Below, piece by piece: positions 1-11,500 of a stretch of DNA of 64,000 bases. The stretch comes from Blastocatellia bacterium (GTDB taxonomy: Bacteria; Acidobacteriota; Blastocatellia; UBA7656). The stretch is from NCBI GenBank assembly GCA_963832205.1, contig CAWHTK010000003.1, forward strand, positions 54,764 to 118,763, read 5' to 3'. A model generated the notes under the pieces. The model made no database searches. It was not told where the DNA came from and was given only the letters and a program-made list of their open reading frames with translations. Made by a program: the position numbers and the translations under genes. Position 1 is the first letter of the stretch. The number at the start of each line of letters is the position of its first letter.

Positions 1-987
1 GCCGAGATTGATGGCGATGAAAGCATACGACGTCGACCGATGAAGCGCGTGATTGAACCGCTGTCTAAAATGGGGGCCGAGATCAAGGCGAGAGAAGACA
101 ACTTCGCGCCGATCACCATAAGAGGCGGCTCGCTTGAGGCGATTGATTACCGGAGCCCGGTGGCGAGCGCGCAGGTGAAGACCGCGGTGTTGCTGGCCGG
201 GTTGTACGCCCGCGGGCGCACTACGCTGCACGAGCCTGCGCCGTCGCGCAATCACACTGAATTGATGCTCAAAGAATTCGGCGCGCCGGTCGAGTTGCTC
301 TCCGAACGCGACGTTGCCATCAGCAATTGCCGATCCCTGCGACCGGTCGACTACCGTGTGGCGGGGGACGTCTCGTCCGCGGCGTTTTTTATTGCGGGCG
401 CGGCCTCATTGCCCGGCTCGCGGTTGACGGTCAAGGATGTTTGCCTGAACCCGACGAGGACCGCATTCCTGCGAGTGCTGGAGATGCTCGGCGCGAGAAT
501 AGAACGCAGAAACCTTCGCGTCATGCACGGCGAGAGCATCGGCGACCTCTATGTTGAGCACGTCGGTTCATCCGGGAAACAGGGCGATCTTTTTTTGCGC
601 GGCGAGATCATCGCAAACATTATTGACGAGATACCGATTCTTGCCGTCGCGGCCACGCAATACGACGGCGCGTTCGAGGTCAGGGAAGCCAGGGAGCTAC
701 GTTTTAAGGAGAGCGACCGCATTCACACGGTCGTCGAAGCAATCAAATCGCTCGGCGGGCGCGCCGAAGAGTTTGATGATGGATTCAGGATAGAAGGCCC
801 GCAAAAGCTCGAAGGCGGGCGCGTCTCGACCGAAGGCGATCACCGCATAGCGATGGCTTTTAGTATCGCGGGGCTGTTGGCCGAAGGAGAGACTGAGATA
901 CTGGATGCCGATGCGGCGGCCGTCTCTTTCCCCGAATTCTACGACGTGCTCAGACGACTCGCGGGTGACGACAGGATCCACGGATGA
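1..987 (+). CDS. aroA: EPSP synthase (3-phosphoshikimate 1-carboxyvinyltransferase), 5'-truncated by the window edge
   Basis: Frame is open from base 1 (GDESIRRRPMKRV). EPSPS motifs ASAQVK, DEIP, ELRFKESDR and DHRIAMAF. Overlaps aroK. Confidence 0.97.
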   Translation, partial: AEIDGDESIRRRPMKRVIEPLSKMGAEIKAREDNFAPITIRGGSLEAIDYRSPVASAQVKTAVLLAGLYARGRTTLHEPAPSRNHTELMLKEFGAPVELLSERDVAISNCRSLRPVDYRVAGDVSSAAFFIAGAASLPGSRLTVKDVCLNPTRTAFLRVLEMLGARIERRNLRVMHGESIGDLYVEHVGSSGKQGDLFLRGEIIANIIDEIPILAVAATQYDGAFEVREARELRFKESDRIHTVVEAIKSLGGRAEEFDDGFRIEGPQKLEGGRVSTEGDHRIAMAFSIAGLLAEGETEILDADAAAVSFPEFYDVLRRLAGDDRIHG

Positions 988-1553
988 AGACTGAATCGCC
1001 GGTCACGGAGAGGTCGCGGATAATCTTCCTCGTCGGATTCATGGGGGCGGGGAAGACGACCGTCGGGCGGGCGCTGGCCGAAAAACTCTCTTGCCGATTC
1101 ACGGATCTTGACGAGATGATCGAATCCCGCGCGGGCATGGCGGTGCGGGATATTTTCGAGAAGCTTGGAGAGTCCGAATTCCGCCGCGTCGAAAGCGATT
1201 TGATAGCATCGCTCGGCAACAACGAAAGCGCGGTAGTCGCGCTCGGAGGCGGCGCATTCGCTTTTGAGAATAACCGAAAGATTGTGCGCGAGCTTGGAGT
1301 ATCTATATGGCTAGAGTGCCCGCTTGAAATCTGTCTCGAAAGAACGGGTCGAGATGAAAAGCGCCCGCTGCTTGGTTCACACGGGGAAATGTCGACGCTT
1401 CTCGAATCACGGCGAGGGTCATACGAAGAATCCGATTACCGTGTTGACTCGGGCAGCCGCGCGCCCGGCGAGATAGCGGATGAGATAATAGATCTACTCG
1501 ATTCGTTGTGCCCTGCATCGCGGCTCGACCAGCACCGATTTAAAGGACGATAA
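984..1553 (+). CDS. aroK: Shikimate kinase
   Basis: Walker A GFMGAGKTT, DLD, GESEFRRVE, LGGG and RPLL motifs. ATGA coupling to aroA. Confidence 0.96.
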   Translation: MKTESPVTERSRIIFLVGFMGAGKTTVGRALAEKLSCRFTDLDEMIESRAGMAVRDIFEKLGESEFRRVESDLIASLGNNESAVVALGGGAFAFENNRKIVRELGVSIWLECPLEICLERTGRDEKRPLLGSHGEMSTLLESRRGSYEESDYRVDSGSRAPGEIADEIIDLLDSLCPASRLDQHRFKGR

Positions 1554-3209
1554 CCTGACAAGGCCGGGTTTCGCGCGCGGCGGTTTTGAGATGAACTTTC
1601 GCTGTGTGTAGTGGACCGCCGCCTTCGATTCACTTTTCGCCTGCGAATAGAAGGCGGCAAGCTCGGCCGCTTCGACGATTGTGCGCATCGGTATTTCGCC
1701 GCGGGCGGGGTTGCGCACGACGACGTGCGAGCCGGGATAATCGGCCGCGTGAAGCCATAGATCCGAAGGCCGCGCCAGTTTGAATGTCATCTGGTCGTTT
1801 TCGCGGTCGTTACGGCCGACAAAGATTTCATAACCGTCGCTTGAGATAAATTTTCTTCCGATTGCGGGCAAGCTCGACGCCGCGCCTTTTGCGCCCTTCG
1901 CCCGGCCGGCGATGCCGGGAATCTTTAAAAGTCGCGCGGCCTGTTCTCGGACCTCCGCAATCCGGCGGCGTTCGGGTTCCGATTCGAGCCTGGCAATCAA
2001 AGAGCGAAGGGCCGCGATATCTTTTTGAACAGCCGCTTCTCGAAGGGCGATTGTTGCCTTTGCGCGCCTCGCCTTCTGGTAAAGCGAAAAGTATTCGGCG
2101 GCCGCTTCTTTTAGCGACCTGCCCGCCGGAATCTCTATAGAGATAGTTTGCTGATCGGGGTCGTAGTAATCAATCAGGGTTACATTCACCCCGTCCTGTC
2201 GCGCGGTCGACAGGTTTGCAAGTAGCAGGTCTCCGTATCGCTTAAAATGATCGGGGTCATCGAACCGGTCGCGGTCAGCTTCAATCGCCTTCGAAGCCTT
2301 CTCTTTTTTGCGAAGCTCCTGCAAGAGCGCGTGCCGGGCCGCGTTAAACTCGCCTCGCAGATTATCAGCCATTCTCTTGGCGCGATAAAACTCGTCTGCC
2401 GCCTCAGAGAGCGTCTCGAACTCGTACCGATTAAGCCCGCGCCCTGCCACCAGTTCTATGTGGGACAGAATCATATCCGGCTTCTCATCGTTTATTCGCT
2501 CCCCGACCTCTTCCAGCGTCTGTCGAGAATAGAGTACCGGCGTCGGCGGCTTCTTCAGATCAGTCAGCAATGAAGCAATCGCGTCACGAGGCGACATCCC
2601 TTTTGACCGGAGCAAGAACTCTGTCTTCATCAGGGGGCTGAAAACGGAGCCGGGGCCGAACGCCTCGGCTAGCACATCTTCAATCGTGGCGGAGACGGCA
2701 ATACGAGAAACAATCGCTTCAAGCCATTCCTGCTCGCTTTCGTGAGCAGTCTCTTGACGAGTCATCGTGTCAGGTCGCGCGGCAAGCGAGCCTAAGAGGT
2801 TGCCGTTACCGTCGAGCAGGTATGCGTTCGACGAACGGCCGGTGAGCTTGAGCCTTAGCAGGATTCCTACGCGGCTCCCGCTTGAGTCGTACTGTTCAAA
2901 GCCAAGATTGATTATCCTCTCGAGCGGTTCTTTCGATAAGGAGACAAGTTTCGCGCCTGACAGGTGTTTGCGAAGCAGTTGGCCAAACGAATGCGTAGCG
3001 CTTTGATCGGTCTTGCTGCCAGAAGCGTTCTTCCTGGAAAGGTGCAGCGCGGGGCTCGCCGGGCTGAGCGAGGCGTGAAGCAGCCGGCTATCCGCGAGTC
3101 TGAAATCGATCAATATAGATTGCCCGGAAAGAAAAAGCCTCGCGACGACCTGCCCCAGTATATCCTCGCCGATCTCCCGCACCATGGCTGAGAGGAAAAA
3201 GTTATCCAT
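1494..3209 (-). CDS. rqcH: NFACT/Rqc2 (FbpA) family ribosome quality-control protein
   Basis: N-terminal NFACT-like region (ERIINLGF..LTGRSSN), coiled coil, and C-terminal NFACT-R motifs VGRNDREND and WLHAADYPGSHVV. Confidence 0.9.
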   Translation of the reverse strand: MDNFFLSAMVREIGEDILGQVVARLFLSGQSILIDFRLADSRLLHASLSPASPALHLSRKNASGSKTDQSATHSFGQLLRKHLSGAKLVSLSKEPLERIINLGFEQYDSSGSRVGILLRLKLTGRSSNAYLLDGNGNLLGSLAARPDTMTRQETAHESEQEWLEAIVSRIAVSATIEDVLAEAFGPGSVFSPLMKTEFLLRSKGMSPRDAIASLLTDLKKPPTPVLYSRQTLEEVGERINDEKPDMILSHIELVAGRGLNRYEFETLSEAADEFYRAKRMADNLRGEFNAARHALLQELRKKEKASKAIEADRDRFDDPDHFKRYGDLLLANLSTARQDGVNVTLIDYYDPDQQTISIEIPAGRSLKEAAAEYFSLYQKARRAKATIALREAAVQKDIAALRSLIARLESEPERRRIAEVREQAARLLKIPGIAGRAKGAKGAASSLPAIGRKFISSDGYEIFVGRNDRENDQMTFKLARPSDLWLHAADYPGSHVVVRNPARGEIPMRTIVEAAELAAFYSQAKSESKAAVHYTQRKFISKPPRAKPGLVRLSSFKSVLVEPRCRAQRIE

Positions 3210-3281
3210 ACGCTAAATGAGAAGGCCGGTCATAGTGAAAATCAACCGGCCTCAAATATCGACATGAATTATAGCGAGAAG

Positions 3282-4544
3282 CTAGAAGTCTCTTGCCACC
3301 TGCGTACCGGAAATCAGGTCGTGCAGACCCCTGCGCTTGTGGTGGATGACGGCGATGAAGAACCCCAGGAGCAGAGGCGCAAAGGCGATGACATAGCCAA
3401 GGCTGCGCAGGATAATCTGTCCGGGAGATGGCTGCTCGAAGGTAAATGCGTTGACGACGCGCGTGTTTGTAAACATCATCCCGAACGTTTTACCGCCGAG
3501 TGATTGCGTCAGGACCAGGTATAGAAAGGCGATCATTACGACCATCGTGCCCGCGGCAAACTGCGTGTGCGGGGCGGAAAAATCGCCGTTCATAAACTCG
3601 ATCACAGCAAGAAACGGTGCGGCGCTCACCGATATGGCGATGAAGTCCGTCAGGTTTAAGATAGCGTGTATAACGATGGAAGGGCTTTCGTTTCGAGCGA
3701 ACTCGGCGTTCAACTCCTTATCAACTTTACGGATTTCGGCCTCAAGGTAATCGCGCGGCTCAATCTCGTCGGGTATAAATCTGGCGGATGCGACATGGTC
3801 TTCCGCTTCAACAAAAGATGTCAACTTTGCCTCCGCCTGAAGCGGGGAAGTCGGTTTATAGGCTTGCGTGGGCTCGACAACCTCGGTCGATTGCCGCGGC
3901 GATTCCAGCAGATCGGCGATGGGGTCAAGCTCGGCCGTGCGACGCGGTGAGAGATCGACTTCGGGCGTCAACTGTCGCGCCGTGGCTTCGCGATCAAGCC
4001 CCAGAGAAGCCGTCGGCCGCTGAGCGGGCCGGACAGGCTCTATCTTTGGAAGCGCGGCGCGGTGGGCATTCTCTGTCGCCCGGCGCACGCGGGTCAGCGC
4101 CTTTTCAACGATGGCATTATTCGTGGCGGGCCGCTGGTGTGACGGCTGTTGTTCCCTGGCAGGCGACTTCGACGCCATTACCTGCGCGGTTTCGCGAGCG
4201 GGTTGAGAATGACGACGGGCTGTCACTTCGCCGCCTTCGCCGTTTAATGCTGTATGCGGTCTTTCCGCGACCGTGGTCCTCAGATCGGCAGCCGGCGCGT
4301 CGTCGGCAGTACCGGGCCCGCTGCGCCGGGCGCGCACTTCACGGACCTTCGCGTTTAGCTCGCGCCGCCAGGCCGGGAGCGTGCTCTCGGCAGGTTCCGG
4401 CTGCTTTACCGTGCGCGGCTTCCTGGGGAATTCAATTAATCGTGATTCTGTCGATCGAAACCTTCTGATATCTGATAAACGATGACACCTGGGACAGCGG
4501 GAAATGGTATCAGGAAAGTCGTGGCCGCACCCCTGACATTTCAT
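3282..4544 (-). CDS. RDD-family membrane protein with N-terminal zinc ribbon and long low-complexity linker
   Basis: CxxC-x10-CxxC at the N-terminus. C-terminal TM helices with GKTFG and RRGLHDLISGT. Confidence 0.85.
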   Translation of the reverse strand: MKCQGCGHDFPDTISRCPRCHRLSDIRRFRSTESRLIEFPRKPRTVKQPEPAESTLPAWRRELNAKVREVRARRSGPGTADDAPAADLRTTVAERPHTALNGEGGEVTARRHSQPARETAQVMASKSPAREQQPSHQRPATNNAIVEKALTRVRRATENAHRAALPKIEPVRPAQRPTASLGLDREATARQLTPEVDLSPRRTAELDPIADLLESPRQSTEVVEPTQAYKPTSPLQAEAKLTSFVEAEDHVASARFIPDEIEPRDYLEAEIRKVDKELNAEFARNESPSIVIHAILNLTDFIAISVSAAPFLAVIEFMNGDFSAPHTQFAAGTMVVMIAFLYLVLTQSLGGKTFGMMFTNTRVVNAFTFEQPSPGQIILRSLGYVIAFAPLLLGFFIAVIHHKRRGLHDLISGTQVARDF

Positions 4545-4711
4545 TGTAGAAGCACCTCTTCATTTTGGGGGCATCCTGGCGATCAGGGCCGCATAGTACC
4601 AGAATGTAAACTTTCTGGTCAACCCAAATGTTGCGCTAGCGAAACTTTCCAGCACAACATATACGGCAGCATGGACACATGAGTGATGGTTGAGGAGAGC
4701 GCCGGCGTTAT

Positions 4712-4754
4712 CAAAAAGGAAAGCGTGGGCCCTCAAGAAGAGGGCCCACGCTTT
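4712..4754 (-). terminator. Intrinsic terminator downstream of recA
   Basis: 15-bp perfect inverted repeat aaagcgtgggccctc/gagggcccacgcttt (4720-4754), followed on the minus strand by a T-rich run. Confidence 0.8.
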
Positions 4755-4776
4755 GGAAAGTTGATCTAGAGATTTG

Positions 4777-5853
4777 CTACTCCTTGGGAGCGGCCTTTCG
4801 CGACGAGCCTGTGGTAGCCGCCGGGGCGCTCGATTCGGGTTCTTCGTCCGACGCGCTGGGCAGCCCGAGCGCATTGCGGACTTCTGCTTCAATCCTTGAA
4901 GCGATCTCTCGCTCCTGAAGAAGCAGGTTCTTGGTATTCTCGCGTCCTTGAGCCAGCCGCTCGCCCTTGAAGCTAAACCACGCGCCGCTCTTATCTACGA
5001 TCTTGTGCTCGACGGCCAGGTCCAGCATGTCGCCTTCCTTAGAGATGCCCTTGCCGTACATGATGTCAAACTCGGACTCCCTGAACGGCGGGGCGACTTT
5101 GTTTTTGACTACCTTGACCCTTGTCCGGTTGCCGACCACCGTGTCCCCGTCTTTTATGGAGCTGGTCCGGCGAATGTCGAGTCTGACCGATGAATAGAAC
5201 TTAAGCGCCCGGCCGCCGGTCGTCGTCTCCGGGCTGCCGAACATAACGCCAATCTTCTCGCGAATCTGGTTGATGAAAAGCAGGCAGGTGTTCGAGCGCG
5301 CGACCACGGCGGTCAGCTTTCTGAGCGCCTGAGACATCAAGCGCGCCTGCAATCCGGGGAGCGAATCGCCCATATCGCCGTCCAGCTCCGCGCGGGGAAC
5401 GAGCGCCGCAACGGAATCGATGACAACGATATCGACGCCGCCCGATCTGACGAGCGCTTCGGCGATTTCGAGCGCCTGCTCGCCGGAATCCGGCTGAGAA
5501 ATAAAGAGGTCGTTAACATTAACGCCGAGCTTTTCGGCGTACTGCGCGTCGAGGGCGTGCTCGGCGTCTATATAGGCCGCAACACCTCCATTCTTTTGCG
5601 CTTGCGACACGATATGCAGGGCAAGCGTTGTTTTGCCCCCCGATTCCGGCCCGTAAATCTCGACGATTCGGCCGCGCGGGACGCCGCCGATCCCGATTGC
5701 TGCGTCAAGGCTCAGGCAGGAGGTCGAGATGGCCGGCACATCCACAACCTTCTTCTCCCCCAGCCGCATAATCGAGCCTTTACCAAACTGTTTTTCGATT
5801 CCCGCGATAGCTATGTCAATAGCGCGGTTTCGCTCGTTGCGTTCGTCTGCCAT
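4777..5853 (-). CDS. recA: Recombinase RecA
   Basis: [46 protein letters not shown] and KNKVAPPF motifs. Confidence 0.99.
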   Translation of the reverse strand: MADERNERNRAIDIAIAGIEKQFGKGSIMRLGEKKVVDVPAISTSCLSLDAAIGIGGVPRGRIVEIYGPESGGKTTLALHIVSQAQKNGGVAAYIDAEHALDAQYAEKLGVNVNDLFISQPDSGEQALEIAEALVRSGGVDIVVIDSVAALVPRAELDGDMGDSLPGLQARLMSQALRKLTAVVARSNTCLLFINQIREKIGVMFGSPETTTGGRALKFYSSVRLDIRRTSSIKDGDTVVGNRTRVKVVKNKVAPPFRESEFDIMYGKGISKEGDMLDLAVEHKIVDKSGAWFSFKGERLAQGRENTKNLLLQEREIASRIEAEVRNALGLPSASDEEPESSAPAATTGSSRKAAPKE

Positions 5854-6294
5854 GTTTTTAGTGGTACTTCCTTTCTCTTAAGGGTGGTTTTAAAGGCAAA
5901 TTATACCACACCGAACTTGATGCACCTAAACGATTTCTAGGCGATGGCCGAAAGAAAAAGGGCCCCGGAACATGTCCTTTAACCCATTACTCTCCGGGTT
6001 GTAATTAGCAAGCATTAATCGCGTGAAAAATGCCTGTCGCCCAGGATTCCGCGGTCTCCACTTTCTCGCGCGATGAGACATTGACTACCAATCGCCCCCT
6101 CCGCTAAATGAAGGCTGCTTCAACGATCTGACCTGCCTGATTTGCATCAAAGTAGAACAGGGCGAGGTGAATCTATATAGAACAAGTAAGGTTACAACCC
6201 GGTCTCTATCCGGCCGCTGAGGAACTTGTACCTTTTGAAGGGGTCGAACGCGAGTTCAGGGGGCAAAACCGTCGGGAAGAATAGAGGCAACCCA

Positions 6295-6311
6295 TTGGCA
6301 TATGAGTTGCA
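6295..6311 (+). promoter_or_regulatory. sigma54 (RpoN) -24/-12 promoter
   Basis: TTGGCAT-ATGAG-TTGCA matches TGGCAC-N5-TTGCW with correct spacing. Intergenic, upstream of the 6505 ORF. Confidence 0.7.
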
Positions 6312-6504
6312 CAAATGAATAGTTGAAAAGGTGGTTGAAGGGTTAGAAGTACAGGGTGACGCCCGCCGGAGCGGGGCTAAAAAGTTCTTGAAACAAAAGG
6401 TCGAGAGGGGCGTTAAAAGGGGGGAAATGCCGTGCAGGATTCTGTGGGGCATACATTCTAAGGATGACAGAAAGACTCTAGGCTGTGACAAAGGGTGGAA
6501 GAAA

Positions 6505-6882
6505 ATGGCGAAGAACATAAACACAAGAAGCATTCAGAGTAGAACACAAACAAGCAGACCAGGGCGGGTAGAGATGGATCCCAACGAGCTGAAGAACACC
6601 GTTCGGGATGGACTGGTTTCAATGACAATGGCAGAGCGCGAGGAGTTTATACAGGCACTTGGGGCAGAGCTTAAGCGCATAAGCATCAACATGCGGGCGT
6701 ATCTGGTGCCCCTCGGAATTCCTGCCCGGAGCCCGGAAGATTTGACCCCCACCGAGGTGGGTCATTTGATAAGGTTCCTGAAGATAAATGTTCCCCAGGC
6801 GATGTCGGTTGTTGGACGAGTCATGTCGCGCTACGGCGTATTTGCTGAGAAGTCGGCTCACGGTGACCGCCTCGCCGCCTAA
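6505..6882 (+). CDS. Hypothetical protein (~125 aa)
   Basis: Globular-looking part of ORF 6331..6882; ATG at 6505 chosen as start. Followed by a terminator-like hairpin. Confidence 0.7.
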   Translation: MAKNINTRSIQSRTQTSRPGRVEMDPNELKNTVRDGLVSMTMAEREEFIQALGAELKRISINMRAYLVPLGIPARSPEDLTPTEVGHLIRFLKINVPQAMSVVGRVMSRYGVFAEKSAHGDRLAA

Positions 6883-6908
6883 AGTCCGGAAAAACTTTAA
6901 CGCAGAAC

Positions 6909-6943
6909 AGATGCCCGCTCGACACTCTGTCGGGCGGGCATCT
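6909..6943 (+). terminator. Terminator-like hairpin
   Basis: agatgcccgctcgaca-ctc-tgtcgggcgggcatct, a 16-bp stem with one G-U pair. Confidence 0.65.
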
Positions 6944-7065
6944 CCGCTTATGCCGGTTTCAAATCCTCCGGCGCGCCACGCAACGTAGCGACATTCTTTT
7001 ACTACACTTTATGTCTATCTTGCGAACAGCCGCGCGCTAAAACGCCCGCATTCGTCGTCTCACCC

Positions 7066-7082
7066 CTGGCATTTCGATTGCT
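7066..7082 (+). promoter_or_regulatory. sigma54 -24/-12 promoter upstream of treT
   Basis: CTGGCAT-TTCGA-TTGCT, about 105 bp upstream of the start codon. Confidence 0.75.
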
Positions 7083-7187
7083 ATTCTTACGCTTTGCGGC
7101 CAATTCGAAGCAAGTAACCTTGAGCCGGGCCGCTCATAAGGATGTGCGAAAGGCTCGGCTCTCCAATCTAAGACAAGGAAGATAAAC

Positions 7188-8456
7188 ATGCTACAAACTG
7201 TAGAGGTTCAGCCAAAAAACTTAAGGGACTATGAGTCTGTAGTTGGGGCCGATGTCATCGAACAGATACGCGAAGCCGCGCGGCCACTCAAAGGGGCGCG
7301 CGTGGTTCATATCAACGCCACTTCTTATGGAGGCGGGGTCGCCGAAATCCTTCAAACCCTCGTCCCGCTGATGAATGACGTAGGACTGAAGGCGGAGTGG
7401 CAGGTAATCGTCGGCGAAAACGAGTTCTTCGTCGTGACAAAGTCGTTTCACAACGCGCTGCAGGGCCATTCAATCGAGCTCACCGACGATGTAAAGGACA
7501 TATTCCTTCGAAACAACGAGACAAACGCAAAGCTCTTTGAAGGCGAGTACGATTACGTGATCGTCCACGACCCGCAGCCCGCGGCCTTGCTTCATTACCA
7601 CGGCCGTGAAGGCGGCAAAAACTGGATCTGGCGCTGTCACATAGATACTTCAACACCCTACCTGCCGGTCAGGGACTTTCTAAAGCCTTACCTTCTGGAG
7701 TATGACGCCGCTATCTACACGCTTCACGATTATGTCGGGAGCGGAATGACCTTTCCCAAAGTATATCTGATTCCACCTTCTATCGATCCGCTCGCCGAAA
7801 AGAACCGGCCGATGGAACCCGAGGAGGCGAAGCGAATCATCGGACGGTTCGGGATCGATACATCCCGGCCATTGCTCGTACAGGTATCACGATTTGATCC
7901 GTGGAAAGACCCGCTCGGAGTCATCGATGCCTACAAGCAAGTCAAGGAGCACCTGCCCGAGGTGCAGCTGGCACTGGTCGGTTCCATGGCGACGGACGAC
8001 CCCGAAGGCATGGTCTATTACGCTAAGACCCTGAGACGGGCGGGCGAAGACTTCGACATCCACGTACTCTCGAACCTCGACGGAGTTCATAATCGCGAGG
8101 TCAATGCATTCCAGGCCGCCTGCGACGTGCTTATACAGAAATCGACCCGCGAAGGCTTCGGCCTGGTCGTCACCGAAGGTTTATGGAAAGGCAAGCCGGT
8201 GATAGGCGGAAAAGTCGGCGGCATTCCGTTGCAGGTCATCGACGGCGAAACCGGGTTTCTGGTAACGGACTCGGAGGGGTGCGCGAGGTCTAGCCTCTTC
8301 CTACTCCAGCACCCTGAGCGCGCGAAAGAGATGGGCGAGCGCGCCCGCGAGCACGTGCGAAAGCACTTTCTTTCAACGCGTCACCTTATGGATTACCTGA
8401 ACATGTTCAACGAGCTGGCCGGCCAGCAGCGCGAAAGCACCGCGTCGGGAAAGTAG
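7188..8456 (+). CDS. treT: GT4 glycosyltransferase, trehalose synthase (TreT-type)
   Basis: NATSYGGGVAEIL, HDPQP, WRCHID, SRFDPWKD and REGFGLVVTE motifs. RBS aaggaag. Confidence 0.85.
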   Translation: MLQTVEVQPKNLRDYESVVGADVIEQIREAARPLKGARVVHINATSYGGGVAEILQTLVPLMNDVGLKAEWQVIVGENEFFVVTKSFHNALQGHSIELTDDVKDIFLRNNETNAKLFEGEYDYVIVHDPQPAALLHYHGREGGKNWIWRCHIDTSTPYLPVRDFLKPYLLEYDAAIYTLHDYVGSGMTFPKVYLIPPSIDPLAEKNRPMEPEEAKRIIGRFGIDTSRPLLVQVSRFDPWKDPLGVIDAYKQVKEHLPEVQLALVGSMATDDPEGMVYYAKTLRRAGEDFDIHVLSNLDGVHNREVNAFQAACDVLIQKSTREGFGLVVTEGLWKGKPVIGGKVGGIPLQVIDGETGFLVTDSEGCARSSLFLLQHPERAKEMGERAREHVRKHFLSTRHLMDYLNMFNELAGQQRESTASGK

Positions 8457-8593
8457 TAGAGGTCGAATCATAAAATGCCGCCTGTCGGTCTGCGGATGGT
8501 CAGTCGTAGAGCAGCCCGGACAGGCGGCATTTTACCCCGTGAATGCCCCCCTTCCTAAACCGTTTCCCGGTACTGTAGAATTCCCCTGAAAAG

Positions 8594-11500
8594 ATGAAGA
8601 GTCTCATTTCGCATATCGTCTCAGTCCTTATTGTGTCGTCGGCGCTTGCTTCTGGTCATTCCGTTGCTGCCCAGAGTCCGGCATCCGGTAGCAAGTCGTC
8701 CAACGATGCGCTTGCCAGGGCGCGCGAGCTGCACTCATTAATAAGTTCCTCCGACGCCGATAAGCTTTCGAAGATCAAGAAGGGGCTGTCGGATGAGAGC
8801 TGGTACGTGCGGGGCGAAACGGCCAGGGTTTTGGGGAGTCTTGCCGTCGCGGATTCCGCCCATTTACTTCTCCCGCTTCTTGAAGACCAGCACTGGTATG
8901 TTCGAGAGTGCGCGATGGAGGCCCTTTCGGCCCTTGGTTTCAGGGGCGCGGCCGACTCAATCAAGCCGCTACTTTCGTCGACGGACCCTTACGTTCGCGC
9001 GCGCGCGGCTTCTACGCTTGGCGCTCTCAAACAGGAGGGCGCTGCTTCGTCGCTGATAAGAATGCTTGCGGACGAAGACGACCACGTACGGCGCAGCGCG
9101 GCGCTCGCGCTCGGCGTATTAAGAGAATCGAGCGCGAGCGCCGCGCTTATCCCCCTGTTAAAAGATGCCGATCCGGGCGTGCGCCGCAGCGCCGTCGTAT
9201 CGCTCGGTCTTATAGGAGACCGGCGGGCGGCCGACGCGGTACTTGCGGCCGCACGAGAGGGCGAGGGAGTCTCCTGGGAATATGCAGCAGCGCTTTACAG
9301 ACTCGGCAACAGGGATTATTACCAGCCGATTGTTGACGCGCTCAAAAGCGAGTACGGCGATCATCGCAAGGGCGCGTTTGAATCGCTCGTCGGTCTTGGT
9401 GAAGCCCGCGCTCTGCCTTCGCTTCTTGACGCCTCAAAAGTTAATGCGGGAAATGGCCGAGCCGACGGCGAATCGTTGTCACTTAGATTGATGCTCGCGC
9501 GAAACCTCTCCCGGTTTACCGGCAACCCGGCGCGCGAGGCGGCGTTGACTCTTATCGACGATCCGTCGCAAGAGGTGAGAGCGGCGGCGGCGGAATCGTT
9601 GAAGCGATTGGGCGGGGTCGATGATGCAAGCGCTGGCGGGAGAGAGATCGAAATAATAATCGCTGCTCTCTCGAAAGAAAAACACCCGGCTGTGGCCGAT
9701 GCTTTCATCGAGGTTCTTGCGCTTTATGATTCCGCCAGAGTGGCCGACGCTCTACTCTCCACAACGCGTGGCAAACCAGTCTCCAACGAGAATCTGAGCA
9801 AGGCGCTTGAAGCGGTGCGGATCACGCCGGAACGAATGATCACCAGTCTAAAGACCGGCACGCCAAAGGAGCGTTCGGTCGCGGCGTATCGACTAGGCCA
9901 GCTCGGCGACGCGGTAGCGGTTGACCCGCTGGTCGCGTCGCTGTCGGGCGACCTGGACCCCGCGGTCAAATTGAACGCCGCAAAGTCGCTAGGGCTTCTT
10001 AAAGACAAGCGCGCGGTCGAAGCGCTGATAATTCTCTCCGCGTCGAAAGATGGTGATTTGAGAGTAGCGGCGGTTGAGTCGCTGGGATCGATTGCGGATC
10101 ATTCCGCATCCGACGCGCTGTTTGCGGCGGCGAGAGACGAACGCGCGGACGTGAGAGATGCCGCGTTAAAGGCGCTCGCCAGAATAGGCGTCTCCGCCGA
10201 TAGGCTTACGGCGGACCTTGCAAGTAATAAGTGGCAGGTACGGGTGGCCGCCGCGTCGATGCTTGGGCGGCTGGGCGATAGCGGCTCGGTGCCCGCTCTA
10301 ATAGGCGCATTGCGCGATGAAGATAGCAGGGTGCGAATCGAGACTGCCCGCAGCCTCGGTAGATTTGGTGACGGCCGGGCGGTAAGCGGGCTTATCGGTC
10401 TGCTTGAAGACGCAAACTCGGAGGTGCGCGTTGAAGCAACGCTTGCGCTTGGGCAATTAAAAGATAGCCGGGTGCTTCCGGCGCTTGCGAGATTGTTAAA
10501 CGAACGCGACATGCGAGTCAGCTTTGCCGCGGCCGAGTCACTCGCGAGATTGGAGGACGCGCGCGCCCTCGGCCTGCTCATCGATCAATTAAAGAGCCCC
10601 GATTGGAGGGTCCGCTCGCGTTCGACACAGGTTCTGGCTCGCGTCGTAACCGACCGGCCTCTCGACCAGACAATAAAACCACTTGCCTCGTGCCTCGCGG
10701 ATAAGGACCCGGTTGTGAGGTATTATGCGTCAGAGGCGCTCATCGCGATGGCCGACAGGTCCGTGCCGGCGGTGATCGAATTCTTGAAAAGTCCGCGTGA
10801 AAGCGAGCGCCAGCGGGCCGCGCGCGTCCTCTGGCGAATTGGCGCTCCGGCCGTAGAGCCCTTGATTGCTGTCGTCCACGACAGCGGCATGGCTTCGGAG
10901 ACACGCGCTTCGGCCGCCCATGCGCTCGGCGTGATTGCCGATAAGAGGGCGACAAAGCCTTTGCTCGCGCTGCTGAGAGACGAACGATATTTCGTCCGGC
11001 AGCAAGCCGCCTGGGCGCTCGGCCAGATGGGCGAATCCGCGGTCGTCAACGTGGTTGAGATGGCCCGTTCATCAGCGCCGGCGACGAGAGAGGCCGCCAT
11101 AGAAGCGCTCGGCAACATCAGGTCTTCCGGCTCCATCGATGCGCTGATAGCCGCGTTGTCGGACCAGAATCAGAATGTCCGCGCCGCCGCGGTCAAAGCG
11201 CTCGGCGAGACCGGCGACCGCCGGGCGGTATCTTATCTGGTATCAATCCTGCGAGATGATTCGACCTCGCTTCGGTCCCAGGCATCGACCGCGCTTGCCC
11301 GTCTGGGAAAGGTGGCATTGCCGGCGCTTGTCGCCGCGCTTGACGACAGTAAGCCCGCCGTCCGCCAGTTCGCGGCCGAGGCGCTAGGGAAACACGGGCG
11401 AACGGGAAGCGGTCGATCCGCTCGTCCGTTTTGTGAAGGCCAATTCCGCCGCCGGACGGCCCGAAGCCATCGAAGCGCTCGGAAAGCTCGGCGACCCCGC

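Noticed and set aside
6169-6183. Possible LexA box (GAAT-N7-GAAC) in the recA upstream region
   Set aside because: One mismatch to the GAAC-N7-GAAC type box and more than 300 bp from the recA start. Could be chance.
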